64,000 nucleotides of DNA, from NCBI GenBank assembly GCA_003614675.1, contig ML002219.1:1-64000 (forward strand). The letters run 5' to 3'. The translations under genes and the position numbers were made by a program. Source of the DNA: Dimargaris cristalligena (Eukaryota). Positions 61,337 through 64,000 of this stretch are shown here, in pieces; positions within the stretch are counted from its first letter, which is position 1; every line of letters begins with the position of its first letter. The notes under the pieces were generated by a model. It did not search any database and had not been told where the DNA came from. It saw nothing but the letters and a program-made list of their open reading frames with translations.

Positions 61337-61960
61337 CAATCGCTCGTGATCAATGGTAGCTATAGACTCCTATATTTAAGAACATCCACTAGTGAATCAG
61401 TCGACTTGGGCGTTTTAAATGACAGCACCAAAATGGCCATATGAATAATACCCCGCTAAATCCCAGCCTTATAGCAATGCACCTTGTATTAAAGGTCAGT
61501 CAAACTTACTAACAGATAAAGCCACGATTTGTATGCATAACATATGAGTCGGATATTAATTAGTCTACATAATATTTAATAAAAATAATATTAGGGTTTG
61601 GTTATGATAAAATAATACATAAATGGGCTGTATTTTTACAATTACCAACCTAAAGAGAATCTGGAAGCAGCTATAATTACCGAAATACCTTTGTGTAAGC
61701 TACAGGATAGTATATAAGCATCAATTGACTAATACAATGGAGTGATATGTGATCCGGGACCTACTTCCCACTAAAATAGCATACATTTCAATCATAATAT
61801 ACAATTATATTAGTTGCTGATGACCGTGTGATAGAAATTAGCAAACTATTAGTATTTAACCAGTAGCATCTTATATAGTAAATAAATTTATATTTAGTAA
61901 TACTATGATATCATTGCCAATAGCTTCAGAATATTTAAACTACTGCAGCCCCATGATACA

Positions 61961-62544
61961 TGGGTTAATCATTCTTGGTTCATCAGGAGTAATAGGGATA
62001 GGCTTCCCACAGCAGGGTTAGTTTAAGCTTAGCCAAGGGGTTACTAGTGCTAGGTATAAAGGTATAGTACTAACTCATAAAGGCTAGGGGCAATATATAT
62101 ACAAGGGATATATAGAGGGATATACTTACTGGTCAGTATAAGGGGGAGTGAGTATATATAGGGGTTTATTGGATAAATAGGGGGTAAGAAATAAGCTAGG
62201 TAATTTAACCAGTCCCAATAGGGCCCAGTTATATATATATATAGGGATGCCTCTAGAGGGAGGACCTAAGAGAGATGCTACTAAGACTAATAGATAGGTA
62301 AATAAGTTGACTAGATAGCCACTAGTATTTGGAAGACTCAGATGGTAACTAGAAGAGTCTAACAGATTAGTGTTTAAGTAATTAGTGTAAAGAGGTGGAG
62401 TCCAAGTAGGGGGGAAAGGTTATATGATACTGGATGATCCCATGGTATAGGATATAACCATGGGAAAACTAATATAGTGTTGTAAGACCTAATATAGTCA
62501 GATGTCTAAGCTAGCCAGATTAAGGTGGATTAGATGGTATGACA
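61961..62544 (-). mobile_element. Decayed LTR-like repeat, copy C
   Basis: Colinear with 13591-14180, ends ...GGTATGACA; no CpG; TpA-rich. Confidence 0.7.
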
Positions 62545-63632
62545 AAAACCAAATGAATGGTTATTAGGTATATTACCTTTTAACTTTTGAAGGTCTATAT
62601 TTCTTAAGCTATGATATTAGCTCACTATTACCCTCTATAGGTGAGGTAGGCCAGCTTCTCCACCTTATACTATAGGATATTTTTTTTAAAAAAAAATAGA
62701 CTGGATTAATTTTTTGCTAAGCTAATAGGCCAGCAGCTTCAAAGGGGGGGATTAGTCTAGGTATGCCTCCTTGGTGATACCCACATCCTACACCACAATA
62801 TAACATACATAGGAGGCCAGGCATGTGGAATAACCAACACCTTGGCTAAATGAGCTGGGCTGGGATGGACATTCCCAATCTCTGCCACCACTATTATAAA
62901 ATCTGGACTTGCTAATGGAGATATGGTTTACTTACCTGGGTTAATGGCCATAGAGATTCATGTTCAATATATCTCCCATTTCTATTTTCATTGTTAGTGT
63001 ATTGAGGCTGAATATATATATATATACTATCCCCCAAGTTACTAATTAAATATGCTGCAGCAATACCCTAAGCAACAATAGATGATGAAACAACTACAAT
63101 GTCATAAAAGAGTCCCCCGTATTAGGGTTTTAATGGTGGCTGATGGATAATTTCGACCCAATAAAAAGGTACCATTAATGCAAGTATACAACTGCAGAAA
63201 TCCAATCCACTACATTACCTGATAATTTGATCAACCTGTCCTAACTAGGTCTAATAATAAGTTATCAGTGCCCAGAACATTATACCCTGTAATCCCAAAT
63301 CTACATAATTATTTTCCACAGTAACCACCGCGACTCCTATCGGTGATTAGAACCAATCACCAATTACAAACCAGTTGGTCAATGGAGATGTATACAATGT
63401 ATTAGTCGAATACATGAACCTATTAGTAATGAACAACAAATGTAAAATCAATAAATAAAAGGGGGAGAGCAAAACCCAAAGCTGAGAGAGAGAAATAGTG
63501 TGTGTGTATAAAAAGACAGGCATCAAACAGATGGGCATTAAAAGAGAGCAAAGGTGGATGGTTGTGTTGTAAAGTGGACATAAAATGACGGTCAAGCAAC
63601 ACTCGTGTACAGATGGCGGAAAACAGGCGCTA

Positions 63633-63633
<1 letters not shown>

Positions 63634-63668
<35 letters not shown>
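63634..63668. repeat. Compound (AT)n(GT)n microsatellite
   Basis: Direct reading. Confidence 0.9.
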
Positions 63669-64000
63669 AGGATAATTAGGGGTCGGGGTGAAAGGGGCGC
63701 TGAACAACACAAGAGGAATGCATATATGTATATATGGATAGATGAAGGAATGAATGCACAGATGGGCAGCTAATGTATCAATACTTTCAATGCAATATCA
63801 AATAAGTAAAAGTAGCGGGGAAAGGGAGTTGGAAGGGAAAGCCATCGTAGGGAATACCAACATTAAATAGCAATTATTAATTTAACATTAAAAGTATTTA
63901 TAAATATTAAATAGATTTGCTAGCGCTAAATTGCTAAAGAAGATTAAAAATAAGCCCCCCAAAGAAGGGGGGATATCTAGATTAACGATACCCCATCCGC

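Noticed and set aside
63020-63430. Stop-riddled reading frame next to the CpG-poor island
   Set aside because: Probably a decayed element but no diagnostic motif
1-64000. CRISPR arrays, rRNA or tRNA genes
   Set aside because: None recognised; repeats are MITEs, LTR-like remnants and microsatellites (tRNAscan/Infernal not run)

Overview
Eukaryotic (fungal) genomic DNA with short GT-AG introns. Gene content and protein style suggest an early-diverging fungus, possibly Zoopagomycota/Dimargaris-like (inference only). Conserved genes: a rhizoferrin-synthetase-like NIS (IucA/IucC) siderophore synthetase, COG3, YbeY, a DUF4536/DMAC1-like small membrane protein, TRM2 tRNA methyltransferase, RalGAP beta-like, G-protein beta and mitochondrial Lon (PIM1). 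Between them lie lineage-specific genes: two 7-TM GPCR-like proteins (one with a ~1,380-aa disordered tail), a frameshifted F-box/LRR gene, and three dispersed paralogous secreted proteins. Two of the three have signal peptide + F-box + a shared helical Cys-containing C-terminal domain, making them candidate effectors that hijack a host SCF ligase. The NIS synthetase has an in-frame signal-peptide-like extension and two upstream ATCAGATAA iron-GATA motifs. Repeats: six copies of a ~135-bp MITE with GGG...CCC ends and 4-bp ATWT target duplications (one nested in another), and three decayed ~600-bp LTR-like repeats in islands almost free of CpG and rich in TpA (methylation- or RIP-like decay). 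Gene models and homology calls were made by eye and need database confirmation.
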